A DNA stretch of 64,000 bases from a virus. Of the stretch, positions 46,683-55,914 are shown one piece after another (the first letter of the stretch is position 1; every line of letters begins with the position of its first letter). The notes beneath the pieces are model-generated. The model saw nothing but the letters and a program-made list of their open reading frames with translations, was not told the origin of the DNA and searched no databases. Made by a program: the position numbers and the translations under genes. The stretch lies in the IMG/VR virus record IMGVR_UViG_3300012347_000391, positions 1 through 64,000 of that record; one strand, written 5' to 3'.

Positions 46683-49600
46683 TAAACACGCTTACAAGGT
46701 CAAAAGAAGTGACTAATGCTGTTGTGTTATTAGATTTCCAAATTTTATGAGCAAGTGATAAACTATTGTATTGTGGAACAACAACACTATTTCCTGATAC
46801 TGTATTAGTCACACTAACTCCATTAGCTATATTTGTTACTGTAACAATATATGTGTTAGCAGGTACTTGAGGACTCACTATTTTTAGTTCGTATAAATCA
46901 GTATTGTAACTTATAGGACTGCCTAATGCAGTTCCTAAAGCAATTGGTGTTTGAGCAGTTGAACCACCATAAACCAAATAAAACTGTGTAGTATCAGTAC
47001 TTAGTTGACCAATACCAACAATACCTGTTAAAGCACTTGGTTCTACATTTGTTGGTGCTACATAAGTAGTTGAAAGACCAGCAAAAAATCTTTCATTTGC
47101 AACTGCTGTTTGTGTACTTGGTATAAATCTAACCTTATAAAGAAATCCTGAACCATCATTAGCTGTTCCTGTTCCTGTATAAACTTGTCCTAAAGCAATA
47201 TATTGTCCACTCATAGAACCAGCTGGAGCATTAGTAGCAAATTTAACTCTACGTTGTCTTGTTACAAAGTTTGTACTTGAAATATTAGCTGTTGGATTAT
47301 TACCTACACTGATAGGACCGGGAAAGCCTATAGAACCAAATTGTCCAGCATTACCAGAAGCAACCCAAAAAGATATTTTATTGTCCCCTAAAATATTTTG
47401 TAGTAAATCACTTTTAGCATCTAATTTTTCGAGTACAAATTCTTTTGTTGGTATTGTTTTATCTGTTCCTCCATCTATTTCAGCAATACTTTGACTTGGT
47501 GCTTCAATAACCCCATTCTTTCTAACTATTAAAGCATCGCTTCTTGATGTAATAGTGTAGTCAGGGTTTGCATCTTCTATTACACCATTACCAACAACAA
47601 AAACAGGTGATGTTGCTTCATTGAATGTAGCTACACTTTGAGTGATTACATTGGAGGCTTGTCCAACAACTGTCATAGACATCCCTGTAACGTCGTGTCC
47701 TGTTCCTGTCACAAGATTGGTGTAACCTGCATTCTTATTGTTAAACCCTGTTGTGAAACCACCTAAAGCACTTGTTTCATTTGCAAATCCAAATGTAGAA
47801 GAGGAATAACCACTTGAAGTATTGTTGATACCTGTATTAAAAGAGTTTTCCCCTGTTGCACCTAAAGTACTTGAAACTGTATCTGAATAAGCAAAGTCAA
47901 CAGCATCAAGACCAATATTACCAACGTTTGTAGTGTCAATACTTATCAATCTATATCCATTTCCGTTACCTTCATCTATTGGGATTAAAGCTGTTTTAGA
48001 ATCTACATAGTCTTTAAATGCAAACTGTTTTCTAGCGCCTCCTGTTGTAACAGTTCCATAATAAGCATCTGTTAAAAACTCTACTGCTCCTGCTTCTGGT
48101 GTTGTAAGTAGTGTTCCTGATGTAAATTTAAGAGGAGCTGTATTAGCTGTTGTAGTACCTGCTTTTAGATTTAATACCGCTGTTGGGTTTAATAAACCAA
48201 TACCAACATTTCCTCCATTTGAATTTAAAGTAATAGGCCTTTGTCCTGTTGATGTTTCTATGATAAATTGACTACTTGGATTATATCCAATTATAGCAGT
48301 GTCTCCACCTAATGCTTCATATTTAATCCCATAGATACCACTTGATTGTTTTATGTGTAACTTAGCAGTAGTAGGAGTTGCTGTTCCTATTCCTAATCTT
48401 TTATTAGTATTATCCCAAAAGAATCCATTATCTCCTGTTTGTGTATTTGTTCCATTCCAAAATGAAACTTGGCCACTTGTTCCTGTTCCTGTTATTGGAT
48501 TAGTTAAAATATTTTGCTTTAAATTTAAAGCTGTATCTACAAATTCTTTATCTACTAAAGAACGATTTGTATATTGTGCTGAATAATCTCCTCCATATTG
48601 AATACCAGGTGTTGCGTATGAAGCATCAAATACCCTACCATCTGAATATACAGCTCCATTAGCTCCGCCTATAACTAAACTTCTTGTGTTTGGTGCACTA
48701 ATTACTGAACCAGTACCGCTTAAAGTAAGTGGTACATTATTTCCAGTAGCACTTATCATATAACTACTATCTGCTATTAAAGCAGTAGAAGACACTGCTG
48801 TAACTCTACTTGGGTCAACCAACTTTAAAGATACATTTCCAGAAGTTCCTGTATAGTTTTGCAAGGTTAACGCAGGCCAAGTTGTAAATGATTTTTGTCC
48901 TTTAATAACTACACCTTCTGTTGTTGTAGTTGCTCCAAAATCAATTGTGCGAGTTGTTGAAGCTATTCCGCCTAAAGATACATTTGTTCCTATTGCTGTT
49001 AAACCTTCATCAGCTGTAATTACGCTACCACTTCCAGTAGAAACAGAGCCATCAGCCATCAAATACTGAGTACTTAAACCGCTTGGTATTTTATATCCCG
49101 TTGCTAAACTATATCCATTTACAGTTAATTTTTCAGGTAATGTTTTTGTTCCAATACCAAAGTTACCACCCATTGTGTTTATATATGAATTATTAAACAA
49201 TGATATATTACCTTCTTTAATATATGAAGCACCATTCTTATAATAATATTCATCATCAGTGAACCAAGTAACTCCATTATAAGTAGTATGACTTGATTTT
49301 GTAAGATTGCTGTTTTTATATAAATTAATTCTTGAACTAGATTCAGAAGTGTCATCATAAAAATTTATTGTATTTGAAAACTCAAATCCTAATCTTTTTT
49401 TATTATTTCTTTTGAAAATTAAATCAACATCATTAGATGTTCCAATATAATTAGTAGTTGGATTAGTTCCTGTATTTCCTGTTAAACTCCAACCATCAGC
49501 ACTAGGTGTTGGTATATCAGAAACTAAAGCAAGAGTTCCACTTTCATTCGGTAATTCTACAACAACATTATTAACAATAGTATCTTTTTTTACAAGACTG

Positions 49601-51516
49601 ATTTTATTAGAAAAACTACTTGTATAGTCTAAAAACTCTAAAGATGGAAGTGTTAAATCACTTCTAATACTAACCCCTTTATTGTTATTTGATGTATAAA
49701 TACTTCCGTTTGAATATATGTCTGTATGAGAATTGTTTGGGTAGTCTGTAACATATATAGAATTTGTTGTTTGAAAACCCTCATCAGTTACTTCTTGTAA
49801 TGTAGGTACATCAGGTGTTGCAGTGTTTGCTAAAAACCACTCTTTAGTTATAATAGCTTTTCCAGTAATATCATTATCTACATTTTCATTAGTAGTATTT
49901 GGTAAAGTAACTGTACCTGTAGATGAAATCTTAATATCAGATGACTTTATAACCTCGCCTAAATTATCAACTTTTAAAAAATCATATTCATCAGGAAATA
50001 CATATTTAGTAACATCTTTAGAGCCAAAGTTTGAAGTATAGATATTACCTTTAGAATCCATAACTAATCCTTTAGAATTACTTCCGCTTCCAGTTGCTAC
50101 TAACAATGCTCCTGTATATAATTCTGTATTTATATCTTTAGTATATTTAACAACTACACCATTACTTCCACAAGTATATAAATTATCAAATTTATCAATG
50201 ATTAAAAATTGTGTAAAATAAGTACTTGCTACAGTAGTTCTAACTCCTAATGGAGTTAATTTTTCTAAAAGAGAAACACTTTGTACAAATACATTACCTA
50301 GTGAATCAACTTTTAAAGACATTCCATTTCCTATAGTAGTTCCAACAGTTGTTACAACACCTAAAGGTGTAATTTTAGATACTGTTTTTGACGTATAATT
50401 ACAAGTATAAATATTACCATCTTTATCTATAGTTATACCATAAGGAGCTTGTCCTACAGAAGCAAAAATAGTACTAACTCCACTAGGAGTTACTTTTGAT
50501 ACATTATTACTACCAAAGTTTGCTGTATAGATATTATTATCAACATCTATAGTTATACCATAAGGAATTGAACCAACAGTTGCTAAAACAGTACTAACTC
50601 CGCTTGGAGTTATTTTTGATACAGTATTATCTCCCCAATTAGTAGTATAAACATTATTATCTAAATCAGTTATTATGCCATAATTATCTTGTCCAGTAGT
50701 ACCTAATATACTAACAACTCCTAATGATGTTATTTTTGTTATATTATCAGTTGTTCCATTGGCGACATAAACATTATCATCTTTATCAACAGTTATAGTA
50801 TAAGGAGAACTATCTCCTAAACTATATAATGTAGAAGAATCCCACAATGTATTCTTTTTAATGTTTCTTAATGTTAGTCCAGATTTATTTGGAAGTCCAC
50901 TGTCAATATCAAGTTTATTATTAGGAAAAGAAGTTCCTATTCCAGTATCTCCTATTACATTTATTCCATTTGTTGTGTTATTACCAATATCTGTTACTGA
51001 TTGTAACGTCGGTGTTGTAATAGTTGGAATATCAGAAGTTAAAGCAATTGTACCATTAGCATCTGGAACTGTTAAGGTTCTTCTTGTAGCATCTGTAAGT
51101 TCGCTAATATCAAAAACAACTGATTTATATGGATTAGGACCATTATTACTATGAATTAAAAGCTTATTAACATCTCCTCCTAAAGTAGTTGAGTTTGCAC
51201 TAGAACCTAAAGCAGGAGTATGTTTTAACGATATACCTCCCCCTATTCCATTTGTATTAAAAGCTGATGCGGTTATTTCATTAGTTGTTGAATTACCTAC
51301 ATCTGATACCTCTTGTAAAGTTGGTGTTGCTTGAACAGGATTCAAACTTGATTTCAATACCCATTTTACTTCTTTTGTAATTGAATCTTGAACCAAAACC
51401 CGTGTAGCTAAATTGTCTTTAGTATTGTTAAGGATTTTTAATTTGTTAGCAATTGTGGTCTGTCCAATAGACATTATACTAAACAGTAATGCGAGAAATA
51501 AAAATTTAATTTTCAT
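46666..51516 (-). CDS. Tail-fibre-like protein (1616 aa) with NHL-type beta-propeller repeats and a signal-peptide-like N-terminus
   Basis: Fibre-type motifs: PTLQEV(S/T)D.G..TTN three times, LP..(N/S)GT(I/L)AL.SDIPT twice, NVGIG/LGIGT..PT.(V/A)(L/K)L(N/H), and APLKFTSG.L...PE.GA.EF. Six or so repeats of about 42 aa (N.Y..N.....V.KITP.G). N-terminus MKIKFLFLALLFSIMSIG followed by Q. Confidence 0.7.
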   Translation of the reverse strand: MKIKFLFLALLFSIMSIGQTTIANKLKILNNTKDNLATRVLVQDSITKEVKWVLKSSLNPVQATPTLQEVSDVGNSTTNEITASAFNTNGIGGGISLKHTPALGSSANSTTLGGDVNKLLIHSNNGPNPYKSVVFDISELTDATRRTLTVPDANGTIALTSDIPTITTPTLQSVTDIGNNTTNGINVIGDTGIGTSFPNNKLDIDSGLPNKSGLTLRNIKKNTLWDSSTLYSLGDSSPYTITVDKDDNVYVANGTTDNITKITSLGVVSILGTTGQDNYGIITDLDNNVYTTNWGDNTVSKITPSGVSTVLATVGSIPYGITIDVDNNIYTANFGSNNVSKVTPSGVSTIFASVGQAPYGITIDKDGNIYTCNYTSKTVSKITPLGVVTTVGTTIGNGMSLKVDSLGNVFVQSVSLLEKLTPLGVRTTVASTYFTQFLIIDKFDNLYTCGSNGVVVKYTKDINTELYTGALLVATGSGSNSKGLVMDSKGNIYTSNFGSKDVTKYVFPDEYDFLKVDNLGEVIKSSDIKISSTGTVTLPNTTNENVDNDITGKAIITKEWFLANTATPDVPTLQEVTDEGFQTTNSIYVTDYPNNSHTDIYSNGSIYTSNNNKGVSIRSDLTLPSLEFLDYTSSFSNKISLVKKDTIVNNVVVELPNESGTLALVSDIPTPSADGWSLTGNTGTNPTTNYIGTSNDVDLIFKRNNKKRLGFEFSNTINFYDDTSESSSRINLYKNSNLTKSSHTTYNGVTWFTDDEYYYKNGASYIKEGNISLFNNSYINTMGGNFGIGTKTLPEKLTVNGYSLATGYKIPSGLSTQYLMADGSVSTGSGSVITADEGLTAIGTNVSLGGIASTTRTIDFGATTTTEGVVIKGQKSFTTWPALTLQNYTGTSGNVSLKLVDPSRVTAVSSTALIADSSYMISATGNNVPLTLSGTGSVISAPNTRSLVIGGANGAVYSDGRVFDASYATPGIQYGGDYSAQYTNRSLVDKEFVDTALNLKQNILTNPITGTGTSGQVSFWNGTNTQTGDNGFFWDNTNKRLGIGTATPTTAKLHIKQSSGIYGIKYEALGGDTAIIGYNPSSQFIIETSTGQRPITLNSNGGNVGIGLLNPTAVLNLKAGTTTANTAPLKFTSGTLLTTPEAGAVEFLTDAYYGTVTTGGARKQFAFKDYVDSKTALIPIDEGNGNGYRLISIDTTNVGNIGLDAVDFAYSDTVSSTLGATGENSFNTGINNTSSGYSSSTFGFANETSALGGFTTGFNNKNAGYTNLVTGTGHDVTGMSMTVVGQASNVITQSVATFNEATSPVFVVGNGVIEDANPDYTITSRSDALIVRKNGVIEAPSQSIAEIDGGTDKTIPTKEFVLEKLDAKSDLLQNILGDNKISFWVASGNAGQFGSIGFPGPISVGNNPTANISSTNFVTRQRRVKFATNAPAGSMSGQYIALGQVYTGTGTANDGSGFLYKVRFIPSTQTAVANERFFAGLSTTYVAPTNVEPSALTGIVGIGQLSTDTTQFYLVYGGSTAQTPIALGTALGSPISYNTDLYELKIVSPQVPANTYIVTVTNIANGVSVTNTVSGNSVVVPQYNSLSLAHKIWKSNNTTALVTSFDLVSVFIENNF
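50002..50811 (-). repeat. Intragenic tandem repeats of about 126 bp (42 aa), NHL/beta-propeller blades
   Basis: The periodic peptide ...YGITID.D.NIYT.N.....VSK.TPSGVST... is also visible as recurring DNA, for example 50400-50700. Confidence 0.7.
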
Positions 51517-51526
51517 ATTTATAGTT

Positions 51527-51724
51527 TTAGGTTGTAGTTATTTTTGAAAGTACTTTTCTTGTAATTGTTGTAGTTATTGTTTCTACTTCTTCCTCACCCG
51601 GATTGTTTGCAGTTCCAATAGTTTGTGATGCAACAACTCTTAATTCTCTAAAAGTTACAAGGGAATTGTTTTTAACTTTTGTTACAAAAAATTCTTTTTC
51701 GTTATCTGGGTTTTGATACTCCAT
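51527..51724 (-). CDS. Hypothetical small protein
   Basis: Co-oriented ORF between two fibre-like genes. Confidence 0.45.
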   Translation of the reverse strand: MEYQNPDNEKEFFVTKVKNNSLVTFRELRVVASQTIGTANNPGEEEVETITTTITRKVLSKITTT

Positions 51725-51743
51725 TGTTTTGATTTTTTAATTA

Positions 51744-52643
51744 TTAAATATCATCTATTACTTGAGTTTGAACCAATGGTTTGAAATTATCTGAATCTGT
51801 AAGAACACCTCCAAGCCATTCTGCTTCTGTGTATCGAATAGTACCATCATTTGTCCAACCACTAAAAATATCTCCTATTTCATCATTTTCTAAATCTGTA
51901 TTTTCAAAACCTTTTTGCAAAAATTTAAATATATCATAAGGTGCTCTTGCATCTAATTGACCTTTATTTACAGCTTCAGTTGCTAAAACTGCATTTGGAA
52001 CTTTTACAGAACCTCCAAACTCTACATCCCCATCTCTTTTTATTGAAGCTGTTTTACTATTTCCTGCATCAATTGTAGTACCTGTTAGATAAAAATTAGA
52101 AGTAAATGGAACACTTTTTGTTACATATCCTACAATTAAAGGATTATAAACCCATGTTGATAAATTAACTCCAATATATAAATTATTTTCATTTGCTTTT
52201 AGTATATCATCATTTATTACTGGTGGATTTTGAGTATCAAAAACAGTAGCTAAATTAGGTGAATTTGTATTTACATAAACAATAGTTGTATATTCTGTAG
52301 AGACTATTGTTTCTAAATCACTTACTCTATCTTCTAAATCAAGATATTTAAAAAAATTAAAAGAACGTAATGAATAGTCTATACCATATTTTATCCAATT
52401 AGAAGGATACACAAAATCAGTTCCAAGTAATTTCTCCTCTTCAATAGTCCCTTCTCTCCATTCCCATTTTGATTTTTCTTCTTGACAAGTAACAATAAGG
52501 CCTTCAAAGTAAGTATATGCAAGATTATCTGCAACACCTAAATCAGAAAGTACACTTTCTGATATAGACCAACTCTTTGTGTCTAAAGGTATTTGTGCAG
52601 GTATTCTTAATCCTGTAGGTATATCACTAACTCCTGTTGGCAT
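51744..52643 (-). CDS. Tail-fibre-like or fibre-associated protein
   Basis: VKVPNAVLATEAVNKGQLDA is a motif common in phage fibre proteins (...A.NK.QLD). Adjacent to the large fibre gene. Confidence 0.45.
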   Translation of the reverse strand: MPTGVSDIPTGLRIPAQIPLDTKSWSISESVLSDLGVADNLAYTYFEGLIVTCQEEKSKWEWREGTIEEEKLLGTDFVYPSNWIKYGIDYSLRSFNFFKYLDLEDRVSDLETIVSTEYTTIVYVNTNSPNLATVFDTQNPPVINDDILKANENNLYIGVNLSTWVYNPLIVGYVTKSVPFTSNFYLTGTTIDAGNSKTASIKRDGDVEFGGSVKVPNAVLATEAVNKGQLDARAPYDIFKFLQKGFENTDLENDEIGDIFSGWTNDGTIRYTEAEWLGGVLTDSDNFKPLVQTQVIDDI

Positions 52644-52654
52644 AATACTTTATA

Positions 52655-53680
52655 TTAAGCTGTTACGATTTTAAATGTCATACTACTATATGAGTATTCT
52701 ATTTTAGAAACAAATAGTAAAGACTTAGTATCATAAAAATAATGTGTATCAAACTCATCAGTTACATCATTATTCAATGAATCTTTAATAACATATACTA
52801 TAGGTTCTGTAGCTTTAATAGCAAAAGCTATTTTAGCTATATTAAAATAATTAATATTTACTCCTGTTGCAAAATTAGTAAAGGTATTACTAGGTTTAGA
52901 AGTAACATATACTTCATTAAAAGCAGCTATAACATCTTCTATTGTATCAGTTATATTATCTAGTTGCCAATAGTAAACTCTCATATTATCTGTACTTGCT
53001 ATATCATTATCTAAACCGGTAAGAGTAATGCATCTATTTTGAATACATTTAAATATTTTTACAGCTTTATATTTAGCTTTAATATAGTTTTCTTCTTCTA
53101 TATCAATTGCAGTAGCTAAATCTGTTGTATAAAAAGCCTTATAATATATCCCTATCATTTGTAAAAAGGAAGATATACTATTTTCTTTTCCCCTAATTAA
53201 CTTTTTAGTTAAGTAAGTTAATATTTTTTGGTCAATATTACAAGTTAATGCTGTAGTAATTTCTGTTACTTGAAGATTATATGTTGGATTATTAACATAA
53301 AAGTAATTAAGCATTGTAGTAATTGTATTTAAATATAAATCACAATTATCTCCTTCATCACATTGTTTACATGTACCACATCCACATATTGTTTCTTCAA
53401 CATTATTTATAATATTTAAAAGTAAATTATTATAATAATATATAAAAACAGGATTTATTTCTCCATTTACATTCTCTATATTTAGTTGATATTTACCATC
53501 AATTAAACTAAAAGGTAAAGTAACAGTTGCTCCAACTAATATATTACCTGTACTAATTTCAGTTATTGATTCACACTCTACTTTAGATAAAGTATATGTA
53601 ATAGGAATAATATCTTCATTTTCTAAAGTATATACATCTTTATATTTAAGAAGAGTATATGGTATATCCAATATAGGCAT
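52655..53680 (-). CDS. Hypothetical structural-module protein with a compact Cys cluster
   Basis: ICGCGTCKQCDEGDNCD at nt 53342-53386. Otherwise no motif recognised. Confidence 0.55.
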   Translation of the reverse strand: MPILDIPYTLLKYKDVYTLENEDIIPITYTLSKVECESITEISTGNILVGATVTLPFSLIDGKYQLNIENVNGEINPVFIYYYNNLLLNIINNVEETICGCGTCKQCDEGDNCDLYLNTITTMLNYFYVNNPTYNLQVTEITTALTCNIDQKILTYLTKKLIRGKENSISSFLQMIGIYYKAFYTTDLATAIDIEEENYIKAKYKAVKIFKCIQNRCITLTGLDNDIASTDNMRVYYWQLDNITDTIEDVIAAFNEVYVTSKPSNTFTNFATGVNINYFNIAKIAFAIKATEPIVYVIKDSLNNDVTDEFDTHYFYDTKSLLFVSKIEYSYSSMTFKIVTA

Positions 53681-53707
53681 GATTTTAGAAGTATTTAGTT
53701 AAAAATA

Positions 53708-53745
53708 AAAAGGTTGATACAATCTAAAAGATGTACCAACCTTTT
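53708..53745 (-). terminator. Rho-independent terminator downstream of the 477-aa structural gene
   Basis: Stem AAAAGGTTGATAC / GTACCAACCTTTT (12 of 13 bp), 12-nt loop, followed on the minus strand by a TTTTTATTTTT tract. Confidence 0.6.
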
Positions 53746-53755
53746 AAAATAGAAC

Positions 53756-55189
53756 TTAGTCTAAGCCATCTACAGCAGCAGAAGCAGGTTGTGCTTCAAT
53801 TACAGCAGGGTTTGTACTTGCAGCAGCAGCATCATCAAGTTTTGCATCAAATCCTAATGGAGTTACTAATGCATCAAGAATAGTTAATAAAGCATTTCTA
53901 GTAACTGTACTAGCTGCAGGAGTAGCTACAATAGTAGATAATACATTCTCATACTCTAACCAACCTGATTCTGATTTTTGAAAGTATTCCAAAATAGTTT
54001 GGTCATACTTCTCAGCATCAGTTGCTCTGTATTTGATATTACCAATGGCTAAACCAGTAGTATCAGATGCAACATAAGGACCTGCACCATTCCAAGAAGA
54101 AGCATGATACTCCTTTTGTTTGATGTTATATCCTGAACCTTCTTCTTCAGCAAGTTCTTGAAATACTGATACAGTACCAAAACTACATCCTACACTCTCT
54201 CCTTGTACAAGAGAAACCACAAGGAAAGTTTGATGAAACTTGTAGTAATGCAAGTTAACTGAATCAGAACTTACTGTTGGAGTTGGTGCCCCTTGTACAG
54301 CTACACCAAACTTAACTCCCGGATTAGCAACTAAAGCGGCAGCAGTATCTGTTACAATAGCTCTAGTAGAGTTTGTAATAGTAGCCGCTGTTCCTGTAGC
54401 TCCTGCACCAAAAGTAATAGTTCCTGCAGGACCTGATACATTGATTTGCGTAGCTGTAGCAAAAGCAGAATACGCACTACCTACAACAGCATTAATTGCA
54501 TCAGCAATTTTACTATTGGCAATAGCTTCTGTATCTGCATTTAGCAATGCAATTGTGAGAGTGTTTTCAGCACCCAGTTTAACAGTAATGTTTCCATCTG
54601 CTGTTGGTTCTGTTGTAATATTAATTACACCTTGACTAGCAATTAAAGTAGCTGTTAAACCGGATTGACTATTACTATTAATTGCATTAAACAATTTAAT
54701 AGCAACATCATTAGGGTCAGCATCTACACAATCTCCTCCACAACCTTCACAACAAGCCCCTCTTACAGAGAAAGCTTCTGAGAATTGATTAAAGCCTTGT
54801 ATTCTTGATATTTTAGAATTACGTTGTTCTATACGAACTGTGTAATCTTTTTCACAAGAAGCTTTAATATTTGTGATGTCTACAATCATAGGTCTTCCTG
54901 CAGAATGTGGTCCAAAGGTATATCCTGTGATATTTCTTCTTTGAATCATTTGTCCTGCAGACTCTTTAAAGTCTTCAAAAGTACTTCCTCCACTATTGTT
55001 AATACCTACAGCAAGATAAAAATCTCTTGGAAGGGGAGTGGTACTAGCATCAATTGATTGATGTGTATTGGCATCAAAAACACCAATTTGTCCTGCAGCT
55101 AAGTCATCTACTTGGTTTCCTGCAGCAAGTACTGCTTGATTCCCAGTAGTAACTAATACCTGAAAAACGTCATTATTTCTATCGCTCAT
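53756..55189 (-). CDS. Probable abundant structural protein (second capsid, decoration or tail component), 477 aa
   Basis: Followed by a strong terminator. Ala/Thr/Gly-rich central insert. Cys cluster ACCEGCGGDC at nt 54728-54757. The role is not assignable by eye. Confidence 0.4.
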   Translation of the reverse strand: MSDRNNDVFQVLVTTGNQAVLAAGNQVDDLAAGQIGVFDANTHQSIDASTTPLPRDFYLAVGINNSGGSTFEDFKESAGQMIQRRNITGYTFGPHSAGRPMIVDITNIKASCEKDYTVRIEQRNSKISRIQGFNQFSEAFSVRGACCEGCGGDCVDADPNDVAIKLFNAINSNSQSGLTATLIASQGVINITTEPTADGNITVKLGAENTLTIALLNADTEAIANSKIADAINAVVGSAYSAFATATQINVSGPAGTITFGAGATGTAATITNSTRAIVTDTAAALVANPGVKFGVAVQGAPTPTVSSDSVNLHYYKFHQTFLVVSLVQGESVGCSFGTVSVFQELAEEEGSGYNIKQKEYHASSWNGAGPYVASDTTGLAIGNIKYRATDAEKYDQTILEYFQKSESGWLEYENVLSTIVATPAASTVTRNALLTILDALVTPLGFDAKLDDAAAASTNPAVIEAQPASAAVDGLD

Positions 55190-55206
55190 GATAAAATAGT
55201 ATTAAG

Positions 55207-55908
55207 TTAAATAATTTGGTCTAAATTTAATTTGTTCAGTTTAAGCTGAAAATCTGAAGTTTGCACTTCCCCTGCTGCAAGCATTACTGCTATATCTACA
55301 ATCTCTCTATGGGTATTCTCTGGAAGTTCACAATCCGAAAATCCTGTGAGAGCAACTCCAGAAGGTAACAAATAACCACCTAACCTAAAGGCTTCAGCGT
55401 TATGCATAAACTGGGTTTTGCGTATATAGGTAATACAAACAGTATTTATTGTAAAAGTTCCGTCAGTATGTAATTGAATACCTTCGGAATTAAATAAGCC
55501 ATTCATTCTTTTCCAATCAAAAGAAGATTTAGTATATATATCTTCTTCAAATGTATCATTATGTTCCATTATTCTTAATGGGACAATTCTATCAGAACAA
55601 CTTTCTCTTTTAAGAGTAACTCTTCCTCTTATATAATATTGATAATTATCAGGAAGTATATATATTAAATCTTCTTCAATATCATAACAATCTGTTATTA
55701 CAATACTACGAATATCATCTATACTTCTTTGACTTGATTCAAATCCTAATTTTGTTCTAAATCTAGGTTGCGCAATAGTCTTCTTAAAGATGTCTTCAGC
55801 TTCATTAAGATATTGGTCAATTTCAGGAACTAAAAAGTTCCTGTTTTGTTGACTGTCTATTTTATTAAACTTCCTTTTGAAGTCATAATGCATCTCCTTG
55901 ATATTCAT
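55207..55908 (-). CDS. Hypothetical head/neck-module protein
   Basis: Co-oriented ORF downstream of the capsid gene. No motif recognised. Confidence 0.5.
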   Translation of the reverse strand: MNIKEMHYDFKRKFNKIDSQQNRNFLVPEIDQYLNEAEDIFKKTIAQPRFRTKLGFESSQRSIDDIRSIVITDCYDIEEDLIYILPDNYQYYIRGRVTLKRESCSDRIVPLRIMEHNDTFEEDIYTKSSFDWKRMNGLFNSEGIQLHTDGTFTINTVCITYIRKTQFMHNAEAFRLGGYLLPSGVALTGFSDCELPENTHREIVDIAVMLAAGEVQTSDFQLKLNKLNLDQII

Positions 55909-55914
55909 TTGAAC

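Noticed and set aside
46666-47200. Type IX secretion C-terminal sorting domain, or a DGR variable region, at the fibre C-terminus
   Set aside because: The C-terminal 80-170 aa do not match the usual T9SS CTD pattern. No reverse transcriptase and no template repeat of this region are visible in the window.
48353-51154. Plus-strand ORFs 48353, 49823 and 50861 inside the fibre gene
   Set aside because: These are antisense shadow ORFs. The fibre reading frame is supported by repeated protein motifs.
45848-51497. Shared 11-mer TAATGCGAGAA at 45848-45858 and 51487-51497
   Set aside because: The second copy is simply the codons for the fibre signal peptide. A single 11-nt match is expected by chance in 64 kb of AT-rich DNA.
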